A stretch of 64,000 nucleotides of DNA from Deltaproteobacteria bacterium CG11_big_fil_rev_8_21_14_0_20_47_16. GTDB taxonomy: Bacteria > UBA10199 > GCA-002796325 > 1-14-0-20-47-16. The stretch covers positions 70,578 to 134,577 of the forward strand of contig PCXA01000006.1 of NCBI GenBank assembly GCA_002796325.1. The letters run 5' to 3'. The notes under the pieces are model-generated. The model saw only the letters and a list, made by a program, of their open reading frames with translations, searched no databases and was not told the origin of the DNA. This document shows, in pieces, positions 8,727-19,696 of the stretch (its first letter is position 1; each line of letters starts with the position of its first letter). A program made the translations under genes and the position numbers.

Positions 8727-9938
8727 TCAAGCCCCCAATCGCGCAAGACGTGTCTTTATATCTTTCGCACCATTTTTGTCGAGCTTCAATGCCTTTTCAT
8801 ATTCTACAATCGCGGTGGCACGATCTCCTTGCCATTCCGCAATAACCCCCAACCAATAGTGAGAGGCCGACGACCAAATCTGGATGGGGTGACTGCGCAG
8901 ATACATGTTCAACTGATCTTTTGCACGCACTGCAATATCATCTGGAATTTTTGCGCCCGCGAGTGGCACGCCCGATGCGTCTGATTTAACATATGGCATC
9001 AGACTACTCGTGGCCATCCAATACAAACTGCGTGTTAACTCTGGATCCTGCGCAAACAACTGTGCAAAAATGTCATAGCAATCTTGGTAGCGTTTTTGAA
9101 ACCACGCAATTTCCCCCAATGCCTGCCGTGTCAGCACATTGCGTGGATATTTTGCCGTCAGCACATTTAACGTCGCAATTGCCTGATCGTACTGCTTCAT
9201 TTCCATTTGCATATATGCCAAATTGGCACGCGCTAAATCCTGCACATATTTTCCGTCATGCATGACCTTTTCCACCTTGGCCATACCCGTTGCGCGCTGA
9301 TCACTAAAGAATGGTAACCATCTAAATCGCTGTGTCACCACCGAGCGCCAAAATTCATACATACCAACACCCATTTCGGCATCAACAAAATTAGGGTTCA
9401 GCCACATGAGCCGTTTGTATGTACGCATCGATCGAATCGCACCACCCAAACCTTGTAACCACTTATCGCGACGTGCATCAAAGAATCCCTTCATGCCAAA
9501 CCCAGAACCACAAACAAACATATCCCAATCCGTGGGACCGCTTGTTATAGGGGCTTGCGTCGCCCCCTCCACCGGCAAAGCCGGCGGAGCCTCCCCCTCA
9601 CCGCCGCTGTGCGGCTGACGATTACCCCGCAGTCGCGCATCACACAACGCAGTCATTTTATTTTCAGCAGCGTCATATTGTTTGGTGAATCGAAAGTCGC
9701 GATTCTCAAACATGCGGGTCTGCCATAGGGCCATTTCACCAAATGCACCCGCAGGGGAATCTGGATAGTCTTGCAAGAGTTGCCGGAAGAGCGTTAGAGC
9801 TGCACCATAATCCCGCGCCATAATCAGATGTTCGCCCTGAACACTACGGGCAATCAGATCGGCGTTATCGGCCGCAACTACTTGATTTGAAAGGATAATT
9901 AGAAAGGCCCCCAAGGCCCCAGCCACACAAAATCGCAT
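8727..9938 (-). CDS. Secreted TPR-like / hypothetical protein
   Basis: A signal peptide (MRFCVAGALGAFLIILSNQVVAA) precedes TPR-like helical repeats. The stop abuts the patatin start. Confidence 0.5.
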   Translation of the reverse strand: MRFCVAGALGAFLIILSNQVVAADNADLIARSVQGEHLIMARDYGAALTLFRQLLQDYPDSPAGAFGEMALWQTRMFENRDFRFTKQYDAAENKMTALCDARLRGNRQPHSGGEGEAPPALPVEGATQAPITSGPTDWDMFVCGSGFGMKGFFDARRDKWLQGLGGAIRSMRTYKRLMWLNPNFVDAEMGVGMYEFWRSVVTQRFRWLPFFSDQRATGMAKVEKVMHDGKYVQDLARANLAYMQMEMKQYDQAIATLNVLTAKYPRNVLTRQALGEIAWFQKRYQDCYDIFAQLFAQDPELTRSLYWMATSSLMPYVKSDASGVPLAGAKIPDDIAVRAKDQLNMYLRSHPIQIWSSASHYWLGVIAEWQGDRATAIVEYEKALKLDKNGAKDIKTRLARLGA

Positions 9939-9979
9939 CTTACCATTTTACGTGTGAATACACCGACTTGCAACCCGCT

Positions 9980-11704
9980 TTATTGTGCCATCAAACGCGT
10001 TTCGGCGTTATCCAAAATCGGCAATAGAGGATCAAAAATGGGGTTGTGCAGTATATCAATTTCGACACGCAAGGCCGTAACCAACTCCTGGAGACATGGC
10101 CCTGCCCCAATGCTCTTCAGAATACCCTGTAGTAACTGAACAGGCGCTCGGCCGTCCATTACCATACCAATGACGGCGTCTTTCAATAAAGTTGCAACAC
10201 GTACATCGGATGTTGAATACAAATCAGTCAGCGCAAGGATTGCCTCATGGTCCCCCTCGACCACCTTTGCAATCAGTTGTTTTGCAAAGTTCATTGATTC
10301 TGCAGGATGAAGCGTAATGTAGCGCATCAATGTTGCCACCTCGCTGGAAACAATGACTTCCACAGGACGCAGACCTTCAGGTGCTGTACTCATTTCGGCC
10401 AGACGGCCCAACATCACCACAATGGTTGATTGATGGTGTGGAGAATCTTTGTTTAATTCCTTTAAAACACTGAGTGCCGTTTGGGCCATTTGATCTGTAC
10501 CCGATGCAACCTTGTATAAGGCGTCAATCGCCCCTGTTACCCCATACCGTGCAAATAATCCCAGTGACTGGATATCCCTTGCAATCGGTGTATGCGCACC
10601 TTTCAGAATGTCTCGTGCCAGAATAGCGCCACGCCCCGCTTTAATATCCATCACAGTTACATCATTTGCTACTGCAGGCTCTGCAACGGTCACAACACAT
10701 TGCCTACGCTCCGGTTCCAAACGATACAACGCTTCTTTCGCTGGATCACCAGCAGTTTCCATAAGCGTTACAATGTCTCTATATAGAGAAGTACTACGGC
10801 TCTCATTAGCAATGCTCACAAGGTCATCCCATGGCACATGTAGCCAGAAATCGGGATCGCGTGTCATGGTCACAATCAATGCAGAGCGATACTGCGGCAG
10901 CCGATCCAAGAGCCGCGCCAATGCCCATGCAACTTGCGTATTTCCACTACGCGCCAAAGAAGAGAGCACATAGATCGCATCATCTGAGATTGTACCTGTG
11001 TCCACAACCGCCTTAATGAACATCCTCATGTCTACAACCAATGTCGCAGGTTTCAAAATCAACCATGTCCGCACAAATGGAATCAGCTCTGGTGAAGACC
11101 GACTCAAGAATACACCAACGCTTTCACGAGACATCGTGCCATCAATGGCTTGTTGAGCCATTTGTTCTGGGGTGAGTCGTATTTTGGGCACAACCACCTC
11201 TGGGAAAGTTCCAGATTCTACTGCGGCTGCCGCCGTAACACGCGCCTCTGCAGCAACATTCTGACGTTGAATTGCCGCCTCGCGCTCAACGGCAAACTCA
11301 CGGCCATAACGCGCACCAATACCAATGAAGAAAGTGCCTGTCAGATATTGTGTAAACTCGCGCCAATTACGCGGAGGCGGCGCAAGCAAATCGTTGTCCC
11401 AACCTATCCATTGATTCACAACAACGTGCGGCAATCCACCTGTGACCGTGTTGATTCCCCCATAAACAATGTGGTTCACAATGGTGGGTACACGGGCAAC
11501 ACCATCCCAAACACCATAGTAATGACGAAACACCCCGGACCACGCGGCATTCTGACCCAGGTAATCATCAACACCCAAAATATATTTAAAAGTTAACTCT
11601 GGAAAAGCGAGGATCCCCGTCACAGAATCTACAAGGCCATCTGCACACTGCGCGGCGATCTCTTTGGGAGGAATCAAAAATCCGTTTCGAACTGGCGCTA
11701 CCAT
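9980..11704 (-). CDS. Hypothetical protein, 574 aa, HEAT/ARM-like helical C-terminal half
   Basis: This is a long ORF with coding-like composition. I see no catalytic motif. Confidence 0.5.
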   Translation of the reverse strand: MVAPVRNGFLIPPKEIAAQCADGLVDSVTGILAFPELTFKYILGVDDYLGQNAAWSGVFRHYYGVWDGVARVPTIVNHIVYGGINTVTGGLPHVVVNQWIGWDNDLLAPPPRNWREFTQYLTGTFFIGIGARYGREFAVEREAAIQRQNVAAEARVTAAAAVESGTFPEVVVPKIRLTPEQMAQQAIDGTMSRESVGVFLSRSSPELIPFVRTWLILKPATLVVDMRMFIKAVVDTGTISDDAIYVLSSLARSGNTQVAWALARLLDRLPQYRSALIVTMTRDPDFWLHVPWDDLVSIANESRSTSLYRDIVTLMETAGDPAKEALYRLEPERRQCVVTVAEPAVANDVTVMDIKAGRGAILARDILKGAHTPIARDIQSLGLFARYGVTGAIDALYKVASGTDQMAQTALSVLKELNKDSPHHQSTIVVMLGRLAEMSTAPEGLRPVEVIVSSEVATLMRYITLHPAESMNFAKQLIAKVVEGDHEAILALTDLYSTSDVRVATLLKDAVIGMVMDGRAPVQLLQGILKSIGAGPCLQELVTALRVEIDILHNPIFDPLLPILDNAETRLMAQ

Positions 11705-11733
11705 ACTTCCCTTTCATCCCCGTCTTTTGGTGA

Positions 11734-12882
11734 TTAGCGGACTTTTTCATTTGCTGCAAGCACTTGCTGCAATGCCCATTCCGCATGTTCCCGAATCAGG
11801 GGTTCTGGGTCTTCGACAGCGTGTTGCAGCGCAGGTATCGCAGCAGGGTCCTTACTATTTCCCAACGCCACCGCCACATTGCGCAAAAACCGCGCGCGCT
11901 TAATACGCTTGATGGGGGAATTTTTGAAGCGGGCCCGAAACTCATCGTCGGACATATACATGAGTGGCATCAGCTCTGGATTCAAATTGCCTTTGCGGGG
12001 CTCAAACGCCGCTTCGGGTGTGGGCGTGGCAAAGCGATTCCACGGACAGACATCTTGGCAGATGTCACAGCCATAAATATGATTACCCATCAGCGGACGC
12101 ATTTCGAGTGGGATGCTACCTTTGTGTTCAATGGTGAGATACGAAATACATTTGCGGGGATCGAGTTTGTACGGCGCCATGATTGCGCGCGTGGGGCAGG
12201 CATCAATGCAGCGCGTGCAGGTGCCGCAACTGCCCGTTGAAACGACTGCCTCTCTGGGTCCTGTCACCGAATCACCCCATTTGTCGGCATCGCCTTCGGT
12301 GTGCGCGGAGCTAGATATATCACGGGACTCGGCCTGCTGGCGAAAATGGGGTCCCCATTCGGTGCCACCCAAAGAGGCAGTCGTAATAATTTCTCCAATA
12401 AAAAACCACGAACCCCGTTTGGAATCGATCAAGTTGGTATGCTTGCCCTGCCACCCCAGCCCCGCACGCACCGCCCAGGGTTTTTCCATCACAGGTCCCG
12501 TGTCCACATAGGCCAAACATTCCGCATCGGGATTTTCAGCGACAATCCATTCAGCCAACTGTTTCAACTTAGGCAGAAACACGTCGTGATAGTCATCGCC
12601 CCAGGCATAACGGGAAATGCGTCCATTTCGGGCATTATTGGTTTGGGTGTGTAACGTGTAATAGTTCAGCGTACAGCTGATCAGGGTCTTGGCTCCTGCC
12701 AGCACTTTTCGAGGATCCGCACGACGCGCAGGGTCACGAGTCATCCACAGCATCTCGCCCTGTAGCCCTTCTGCCAACCAAGTATCCAGGTCCCGTGCCA
12801 GCTCTGGTGCGTCAAAGATCGGCGTTAGCGCAACCGACTGCAAACCCAATTCTGACGCCTTTTTTAGCAATTCTTTACTCAT
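11734..12882 (-). CDS. queG: Epoxyqueuosine reductase
   Basis: There are two 4Fe-4S ferredoxin motifs (CGTCTRCIDACP and CDICQDVCPWN) plus C-terminal HEAT repeats. Confidence 0.9.
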   Translation of the reverse strand: MSKELLKKASELGLQSVALTPIFDAPELARDLDTWLAEGLQGEMLWMTRDPARRADPRKVLAGAKTLISCTLNYYTLHTQTNNARNGRISRYAWGDDYHDVFLPKLKQLAEWIVAENPDAECLAYVDTGPVMEKPWAVRAGLGWQGKHTNLIDSKRGSWFFIGEIITTASLGGTEWGPHFRQQAESRDISSSAHTEGDADKWGDSVTGPREAVVSTGSCGTCTRCIDACPTRAIMAPYKLDPRKCISYLTIEHKGSIPLEMRPLMGNHIYGCDICQDVCPWNRFATPTPEAAFEPRKGNLNPELMPLMYMSDDEFRARFKNSPIKRIKRARFLRNVAVALGNSKDPAAIPALQHAVEDPEPLIREHAEWALQQVLAANEKVR

Positions 12883-12964
12883 AGAGATTATTTATGCCAG
12901 TGCGTCATAAAACCCCAGAAAAAAATTGTGGGCCACTCAGGCTCATGCTACGGGAGCGCACCTT

Positions 12965-13609
12965 ATGAAACTCTCTTTTATTTTAGTCACTTTTGTTTCG
13001 ATCTTTACGATCGTCAATCCATTGGGTGCCATTCCAACCTTTTTGATGCATGCTAATGACTGGACACCCGAACAAATGCGCCGCAACGCCTTTCGCGCCA
13101 CATCCACCATGGCCGCGGTTTTGATTTTCTTTGCCCTCACTGGCAATCTTCTGTTTGACCTTATGAACATTACGATGCCCGCCTTTAGAATCGCGGGTGG
13201 TATGATTCTATTTTCAGTGGCATTCAGTATGACACGCGGTGCCAACCAACGTCGCAAACTATTGAAGGAAGAAGTCGCAGACGCTGAGCAGCGTGAAGAC
13301 ATTGCAATCGTACCACTGGCCATTCCCTTATTGGCGGGCCCTGGCTCTATTGGCACTGTTATCTTGCTCATGAGTCAGCATCCTGGCTTTTTGACGGCAG
13401 GCACAGTTATATTCTGCATTCTACTGGTTGCAGGCGTCACATTCCTGATCTTCAGCAATGCGCGTTATCTTTTAAGAATTTTGGGTGCATCGGGTGTTCG
13501 TGTGATGACACGACTCTTTGGGTTGCTACTCGCAGCTATTTCGATTCAATTTATTATCAATGGTATCACGTCTGCACTCCCCGCAATTTCAAAGGGTATA
13601 GACTTATAA
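12965..13609 (+). CDS. MarC-family (UPF0056) integral membrane protein
   Basis: The polytopic membrane protein starts MKLSFILVTFVSIFTIVNPLGAIP, which matches the MarC family NPxG motif. I chose the internal ATG at 12965. Confidence 0.75.
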   Translation: MKLSFILVTFVSIFTIVNPLGAIPTFLMHANDWTPEQMRRNAFRATSTMAAVLIFFALTGNLLFDLMNITMPAFRIAGGMILFSVAFSMTRGANQRRKLLKEEVADAEQREDIAIVPLAIPLLAGPGSIGTVILLMSQHPGFLTAGTVIFCILLVAGVTFLIFSNARYLLRILGASGVRVMTRLFGLLLAAISIQFIINGITSALPAISKGIDL

Positions 13610-14221
13610 TCACTTTGGCGCAGTTCTGCCAGGTTTGCCCTGGCGCTTCTTAAGTTCCGCCAGCACATCCTGCCACGGAACCTCTGCCGCTTCGAGCAAC
13701 ACAATTAAATGAAACATCAAATCTGCAGCTTCCGATGCAGTGCGTTCATGCCCTTCTTCAAGCACTGCACGCGCTACTTCTTCAGCTTCTTCCATGACTT
13801 TATCACCAATATGGGCCGCCCCCTGGTTAAATAATGTGGTGGTATAAGACCGTTCAGGCCGTTCCTTATTACGGATGCGCGCAATTTCTAAAACATGTGC
13901 CAGCACATGACAGTCTGCATCTTCGGCATCAGCAAAGCAGCTTGCAGTACCTTTGTGACACGTGTGACCGTGGGGATTAGCCAATACGAGTAACGCGTCA
14001 TGGTCACAGTCTTCATGAATCGATACCAAATCCAGAAAGTGACCCGAGGTTTCGCCTTTGGTCCACAAGCGATTCTTGCTGCGACTAAAAAAAGTAACAC
14101 ACTTATCTCGAATCGTCTTTTGGTAAGCAGCTTCATCCATATACCCCAACATCAATACACGTCCTGTTTTGGCGTCTTGAACAATTGCCGGCACCAAACC
14201 CTTTGAGAAATCAACCGTCAT
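13610..14221 (-). CDS. hisI: Bifunctional phosphoribosyl-AMP cyclohydrolase / phosphoribosyl-ATP pyrophosphatase
   Basis: The N-terminal half matches HisI ([11 protein letters not shown]...TKGETSGH) and the C-terminal half matches HisE ([10 protein letters not shown]...EAADLMFHL). Confidence 0.9.
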   Translation of the reverse strand: MTVDFSKGLVPAIVQDAKTGRVLMLGYMDEAAYQKTIRDKCVTFFSRSKNRLWTKGETSGHFLDLVSIHEDCDHDALLVLANPHGHTCHKGTASCFADAEDADCHVLAHVLEIARIRNKERPERSYTTTLFNQGAAHIGDKVMEEAEEVARAVLEEGHERTASEAADLMFHLIVLLEAAEVPWQDVLAELKKRQGKPGRTAPK

Positions 14222-14973
14222 AATCGCACCCCTACTCCTTCGCGCTTTAAATATTCTTTTGTTTGATGAATACTCAATGTACCAAAGTGAAATACGGATG
14301 CTGCAAGCACTGCATCTGCACCACCTTTCACAACCGCATCTCTAAAATGAGATAATTCACCTGCACCACCCGACGCAATCACGGGCACCGACACGGCATC
14401 GCTCATTTGCCGAAGCAAGGTGCAATCAAACCCACTCTTTTGTCCATCTTGGTCCATAGAAGTAAGCAGAATTTCCCCAGCACCCAATGCAACGGCCTCG
14501 CGTGCCCAAGTCATTACATCTTTTCCTGTGGCAGTACGACCCCCATGGGTGAACACTTCGTAATGATCGCCAACACGCTTGGCATCAATCGCCACCACAG
14601 CACATTGACTGCCGCATAACGATGCCACATCTGATATTAACTTTGGATTGGCAACAGCTGCTGTGTTCATACCCACCTTATCGGCACCCGCACGCAGAAG
14701 CGCACGCGCATCATCACGCGACCGCACGCCGCCACCGACAGTGAATGGGATTGCAATACTATCGGCCACACGCTCCACCATTTCAATGAGCGTTCCACGT
14801 CCTTCGTGTGATGCAGAGATATCCAGAAAAACCAATTCATCCGCACCTGCTTCACTATAGGCCCTGCCCAAACTGACGGGATCACCTGCATCGACCAAAT
14901 TAACAAATGACACACCTTTGACCACGCGGCCATCTTTGACATCCAGACACGGAATGATGCGTTTGGTTAGCAT
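14218..14973 (-). CDS. hisF: Imidazole glycerol phosphate synthase cyclase subunit
   Basis: The opening [20 protein letters not shown] is the HisF signature. Confidence 0.95.
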   Translation of the reverse strand: MLTKRIIPCLDVKDGRVVKGVSFVNLVDAGDPVSLGRAYSEAGADELVFLDISASHEGRGTLIEMVERVADSIAIPFTVGGGVRSRDDARALLRAGADKVGMNTAAVANPKLISDVASLCGSQCAVVAIDAKRVGDHYEVFTHGGRTATGKDVMTWAREAVALGAGEILLTSMDQDGQKSGFDCTLLRQMSDAVSVPVIASGGAGELSHFRDAVVKGGADAVLAASVFHFGTLSIHQTKEYLKREGVGVRL

Positions 14974-15704
14974 GCCGTTTCTCCTGCGACCTTAAGACAG
15001 TCAGCCAACTGCAAACGCCCTTCGGCCAAGGCCTTGCCAACAATGACTGCTGTTGCACCCGACTGATGAAGTGAGCGAATATCATCCAGTGTGGTCACAC
15101 CACCTGCGGCAACCGCTTTGAAATTTTTATTGGCCATATTGGCGATTGCATCACACTGAAAGGGGCTTACCGAAGTCAACGTGCCATCGCGTGCCACGTC
15201 GGTTAAAATGAGCCATGATATTTTTTCGCGCTGAAGCATTGGTACACAGCTTTCCAAACTGGCGTCTCCACCCGCCAACCAGCCGCGCGTTAGGACCTGT
15301 CCATGGCGATGATCCAATGAAACCATAATACGATCGGATCCAAAACTAGAAATAAGTGCGGTCAAAATCTCAGGCGTTTCAATTGCGGCCGTGCTCAAGA
15401 TGACGCGTGCCACTCCGGCATCCAAATATGCAGCGGCCTGTTCCAGCGACCGAATACCACCACCCACCTGAACAGATACATCGGGGACCGTTGCCAACTG
15501 CAAAATAAGTGATTGGTTCACCGGTTGCCCCTGCTTGGCACCATCCAAGTCCACCACGTGCACCGTAGACACACCAGCGTCCTTATAGCGCCCCATCACC
15601 GTTTCCGGCGAATCACCATAGGTGGTCACTTGATCATACTGGCCTTGAGTCAGGCGCACGCACTGACCACCAATCACATCAATTGCGGGAAAAACTTCCA
15701 TCAC
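14967..15704 (-). CDS. hisA: ProFAR isomerase
   Basis: It has a HisA-type TIM-barrel sequence ([13 protein letters not shown]...GGGIRS) and sits in the operon position expected between hisH and hisF. Confidence 0.9.
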   Translation of the reverse strand: MMEVFPAIDVIGGQCVRLTQGQYDQVTTYGDSPETVMGRYKDAGVSTVHVVDLDGAKQGQPVNQSLILQLATVPDVSVQVGGGIRSLEQAAAYLDAGVARVILSTAAIETPEILTALISSFGSDRIMVSLDHRHGQVLTRGWLAGGDASLESCVPMLQREKISWLILTDVARDGTLTSVSPFQCDAIANMANKNFKAVAAGGVTTLDDIRSLHQSGATAVIVGKALAEGRLQLADCLKVAGETAC

Positions 15705-16300
15705 GACACCATCCTGGCAAAATTGGTTAGCACCTGCATCCCCACATCTCCAGATTTTTCAGGATGACATTGGATGCCCCAAAAATTATTTTTACGAATC
15801 ACAACGGGTATTTGCGAATCATACATACATGAGGCCACCACATACGCAGCATCTGTATCGGCTGCATAGCTATGTGCAAAGTAAAAATATGAGGGATTGG
15901 GCACGTCTGCCAAAAGTGGCAGCGCCTTTTCTGTAAACTGCACAGAATTCCATCCCATGTGCGGCAATTTTAATGCTGTTGTAACGAGTCGCACCGTTCC
16001 CGGGAAAATACCCAACGTATCCACATGGCCCTCTTCTGAATGCGTAAGCATCAACTGCATCCCCAAACAGATTCCCAACGTGGGGGCGGTACAACGGGGC
16101 AATACCGACGCAATGCCGGTTTCCTGCAGATGGCGCATGGCCTCGGCTGCAGCACCAACACCAGGCAAAATGAGTGGCTGATCAATTTTAATATCATCGC
16201 CCGAGCGAACAATTTGAATATCAATATCCAGACGCTTCAGCGCAGATGCCACACTTCGCAAATTACCCGCACCGTAGTCCACCAATTGAATCCGGCTCAT
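15701..16300 (-). CDS. hisH: Imidazole glycerol phosphate synthase glutaminase subunit
   Basis: A class-I glutamine amidotransferase with the catalytic cysteine in GICLGMQ and the catalytic histidine in the conserved HPE motif (QCHPEKS). Confidence 0.95.
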   Translation of the reverse strand: MSRIQLVDYGAGNLRSVASALKRLDIDIQIVRSGDDIKIDQPLILPGVGAAAEAMRHLQETGIASVLPRCTAPTLGICLGMQLMLTHSEEGHVDTLGIFPGTVRLVTTALKLPHMGWNSVQFTEKALPLLADVPNPSYFYFAHSYAADTDAAYVVASCMYDSQIPVVIRKNNFWGIQCHPEKSGDVGMQVLTNFARMVS

Positions 16301-17382
16301 AAGACGCCCTTGGTGCTGGCCACTTTTTGAGGATTGCGCACATCCACTTCGCAGGCCATTCGCAACGCGCGACCAAATGCCTTGAAAATTGCCTCAACCG
16401 CATGATGGGTGTTTTTTGAATATTTTAAATCGATGTGAATGTTTGCCTTAAGCTGCATGGCAAGCGTGTAGAAAAAGTGTTCCACCATTTCAGTCGGCAT
16501 GTCCCCCACATATTCCCTATCAAATTTGGCATTAAACACACAGTAGGGACGCCCACCCAAATCAATGGCCACCTGCGCTAACGATTCATCCATCGGGAGC
16601 AAAAAGCCAAAACGCATGACACCCTTCCGCTCGCCCAACGCCTTGGCAATGGCATCACCCAGAACAATTGCCACATCTTCAATGGTGTGATGTTCATCCA
16701 CATGCAAATCACCTTTTGAAAACACCCAATGATCAATTGAGGCATGATGCAACATGGCAGTAAGCATGTGATTAAAAAAATCAATGCCGGTTTGAATCAC
16801 ACCCGCGCCATGCCCGTCCAAATTTAAACGCACTGTAATATCTGTCTCTTTGGTTTTACGTGACACATCTACCACGCGATCCGTCGAAGGTGATAAAACT
16901 CGGGCAACAACGTTGTCCCACGATTTTTCTTCAAGCAAATTGCGTGAAACCTGAATGGGGCGGGCTCCAAGTGCCAGCGCCAACTGTGTATCAGTTGCAC
17001 GGTCGCCCACCACACAACACGATGGCCAATCAATTTTTGCGTTGTTCAAATAGCCTGTTAGTAATCCCAACTTGGGCTTACGGCACTCACAGGCATCCTT
17101 TGGAAAGTGAGGACACATCAATGTTTCCCGAATATGCACACCCGATTTTTCCAGATCCGCCATCATGCGCTTTTGAATATCATCATATGCACGCTGCGGA
17201 TATCCATCTTTGCCAAGTCCATCTTGATTGGTGACCAAAACAATTTCATACCCCGCATCCATTAATTGTTTGAGACCAGCGCCCGCTCCCGAAAGCAACC
17301 GATACTTCTCAAGTGTATCAATCTGCTCATCGGCCGGTTCTTCAATGAGTGTTCCATCCCGATCTACGAATGCAATTTTCAT
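16297..17382 (-). CDS. hisB: Bifunctional histidinol-phosphatase / imidazoleglycerol-phosphate dehydratase
   Basis: The N-terminal HAD motif is FVDRDGTLI. The C-terminal IGPD domain carries histidine-rich motifs (HVDEHHTIED). The start is taken at MKIAF. Confidence 0.9.
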   Translation of the reverse strand: MKIAFVDRDGTLIEEPADEQIDTLEKYRLLSGAGAGLKQLMDAGYEIVLVTNQDGLGKDGYPQRAYDDIQKRMMADLEKSGVHIRETLMCPHFPKDACECRKPKLGLLTGYLNNAKIDWPSCCVVGDRATDTQLALALGARPIQVSRNLLEEKSWDNVVARVLSPSTDRVVDVSRKTKETDITVRLNLDGHGAGVIQTGIDFFNHMLTAMLHHASIDHWVFSKGDLHVDEHHTIEDVAIVLGDAIAKALGERKGVMRFGFLLPMDESLAQVAIDLGGRPYCVFNAKFDREYVGDMPTEMVEHFFYTLAMQLKANIHIDLKYSKNTHHAVEAIFKAFGRALRMACEVDVRNPQKVASTKGVL

Positions 17383-18425
17383 ATGCGCTCCATCCATTTT
17401 TTAATTTCTAAAACGAGACGTTGATTCTCTTCGGGTGTCCCCACTGTAATGCGCAACGTATCCGGAATGCGCGCACTTATATCACGCAGCACAATTCCAG
17501 ACATGGTTTTAAGATGCGCGTACAGCTCTGACGCGTTGGGAATGGGAACCAGCAAAAAGTTGGCATCGCTGGGCATCGGATTCAACCCAATATCACGCAA
17601 AGCCGCATCTAACCACTTACGCCCGTCACAAATTTTAGCCACCAGCTGTCTCATTTTGCCTGCCTGGGCAACGCCCTGCGTGGCATAGACAATTGAAGGA
17701 CTGGACAGGGGATACGGTTTTCGAATTGATTGTAGTAACCGGATCACCACAGGCGATGCCGCCACATAGCCCACGCGCAACCCCGCCAATCCCCACGCCT
17801 TGGCCAATGTACGCAACACTACCAAATTAGGCTGGCTCACGACATCCGTGCAAAGCGACTCCTTTTCACTAAAATCCACATAGGCTTCATCCACCACCAC
17901 CATGCCATCAAAGCCACGACAGATTTCCAAAATAGTGTCGCGGGGAATGGAGTTACCGGTAGGATTATTGGGCGAGCATAAAAACAGAATTTTGCATGCA
18001 GGTGTTACGCGCGACAGCACCAGCTGTGCATCCACTAAAAACTGCGGACCTGCATCAATGGTCATCACATCGGCCGCATTAATTTCTGCCATCGTTCGGT
18101 ATAACGAAAACGTGGGTTCCACCACCATCACCGTGTCCCCCGGCCCCGCCGTCAATCGAATCAACAGATCAATCGCTTCATTTGATCCACTGGTCGCCAA
18201 GACATTTTCCAACGGCAGATTCAGAAAGGCAGCAAGTGCATCCCGCAACATGCGACCATCTGGGTCTGGATAACGTCGCAAATCCACACCACCCACTGAT
18301 GGCAAAACACTTTCAAACGCATTTTCATTGGCATCCAAAAAAAGACCTTCAGTCGCCAAATCGCGTGCAGTTGTGTACGGTTTCAATTTTGCAAAATGCG
18401 GTCGAATGTAACGTGGCAAATTCAT
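17379..18425 (-). CDS. hisC: Histidinol-phosphate aminotransferase
   Basis: A class-II aminotransferase of 348 aa, in the expected operon position. Confidence 0.9.
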   Translation of the reverse strand: MNLPRYIRPHFAKLKPYTTARDLATEGLFLDANENAFESVLPSVGGVDLRRYPDPDGRMLRDALAAFLNLPLENVLATSGSNEAIDLLIRLTAGPGDTVMVVEPTFSLYRTMAEINAADVMTIDAGPQFLVDAQLVLSRVTPACKILFLCSPNNPTGNSIPRDTILEICRGFDGMVVVDEAYVDFSEKESLCTDVVSQPNLVVLRTLAKAWGLAGLRVGYVAASPVVIRLLQSIRKPYPLSSPSIVYATQGVAQAGKMRQLVAKICDGRKWLDAALRDIGLNPMPSDANFLLVPIPNASELYAHLKTMSGIVLRDISARIPDTLRITVGTPEENQRLVLEIKKWMERI

Positions 18426-19696
18426 TTTTTCCCCCGAATGAGAACCGCATTTTTATGAGCATCCAAACCTTCGGCATCTGCAAGCGTTGCCACAATCGGT
18501 GCCAGCCGCTTGAGCCCTGCGCGCGACACATCTTGCACCTGCATCCACTTGCCAAACGACTCAATTCCCAGCGGACCAAATGCCCGCGCCCCACCTGAAG
18601 TGGGCAAGGTGTGATTGGCGCCTGTGGCGTAATCCCCGAGTGGCTCGCTGCTCCATCGACCTAAAAATACTGATCCCGCATGACGAATGCGTTTGAGGCA
18701 CGCACGTGGATTACGCGTCATCAGTTCCAAATGTTCAGGCGCATATGCATTAGCCATTTCCACCATTGACGCCTCATTGGGTGCTATGATCACTGCCGAC
18801 TTTTTCAGAGCAGCCATCACAATATCGCAACGTGACAGGTGTTGGAGTTGTGTTTTAATTTCCGTCTGCACCGCCATTGCAAGCGCAGCATCTGTTGTCA
18901 CCAGCACAGCCTGTGCATCAGGCGCATGTTCTAACTGCGACAACATATCTGCCGCCACATAAGACGCCTCTGCGGTGTGATCCGCCAAGACCATGACTTC
19001 TGATGGCCCCGCTGGCATATCGATGTCCACCACACCATAGACCTGACGTTTGGCCTCGGTTACCCAGCGATTCCCCGGGCCCACAATTTTATGAACAGAA
19101 ATGACTGTTTCAGTGCCATATGCGAGTGCGGCAATCGCATGCGCCCCACCCATGGCATAGACCGTATCCACACCTGCAATCTCGCACGCCGCAGCAACTG
19201 CTGGCGCAATTTTCCCTGAAATGGGTGTGGCCACGACCACTTCGCGGCAGCCCGCCACCCGCGCCGGAATGGCGCCCATTAATAATGATGAAGGATAACT
19301 GGCACGACCACCTGGCACATAGACACCCACGCGATCAATCGCCCGAAACTCGCGCCAAACCTGCACCCCACTTTCAACAGTGCACACGCGCTCTCGTTTC
19401 AAACAGTGGCTGTGGAACTTTTGAATATTGCGCGCCGCTCGCGTAAGCGCAGAACGCAACTTGGGACTACAGCGTGCCGCCTGACGGCGGATATCTGCCG
19501 CACTATATATAATAGAGGGACGTGCCACCTGATCAAGCTTGTGGATACAGTCTTTGAGCGCCTTGTCCCCACCACGGCGCACACGCGAGACAATACGCGC
19601 CACCTGCTCTGGCAACTGACGTTCGTCATCACTGCTGCGCTTGAGCCACGCCATCACATCTTCAATTTCAGCGGTTTTAAGATCAAATTGTTTCAT
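18422..19696 (-). CDS. hisD: Histidinol dehydrogenase
   Basis: This 424-aa protein has conserved HisD motifs. Confidence 0.95.
   Translation of the reverse strand: MKQFDLKTAEIEDVMAWLKRSSDDERQLPEQVARIVSRVRRGGDKALKDCIHKLDQVARPSIIYSAADIRRQAARCSPKLRSALTRAARNIQKFHSHCLKRERVCTVESGVQVWREFRAIDRVGVYVPGGRASYPSSLLMGAIPARVAGCREVVVATPISGKIAPAVAAACEIAGVDTVYAMGGAHAIAALAYGTETVISVHKIVGPGNRWVTEAKRQVYGVVDIDMPAGPSEVMVLADHTAEASYVAADMLSQLEHAPDAQAVLVTTDAALAMAVQTEIKTQLQHLSRCDIVMAALKKSAVIIAPNEASMVEMANAYAPEHLELMTRNPRACLKRIRHAGSVFLGRWSSEPLGDYATGANHTLPTSGGARAFGPLGIESFGKWMQVQDVSRAGLKRLAPIVATLADAEGLDAHKNAVLIRGKK

Noticed and set aside
8268-8984. A 238-aa plus-strand ORF overlapping the patatin and TPR-like genes
   Set aside because: It is antisense to two well-supported minus-strand genes, and the patatin motifs are unambiguous on the other strand. 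The translation is Arg/Asn-rich nonsense-like sequence.
10512-10973. A 153-aa plus-strand ORF inside the 574-aa hypothetical gene
   Set aside because: It is an antisense ORF within a long, uninterrupted minus-strand coding frame, and it has no ribosome-binding site or motif.
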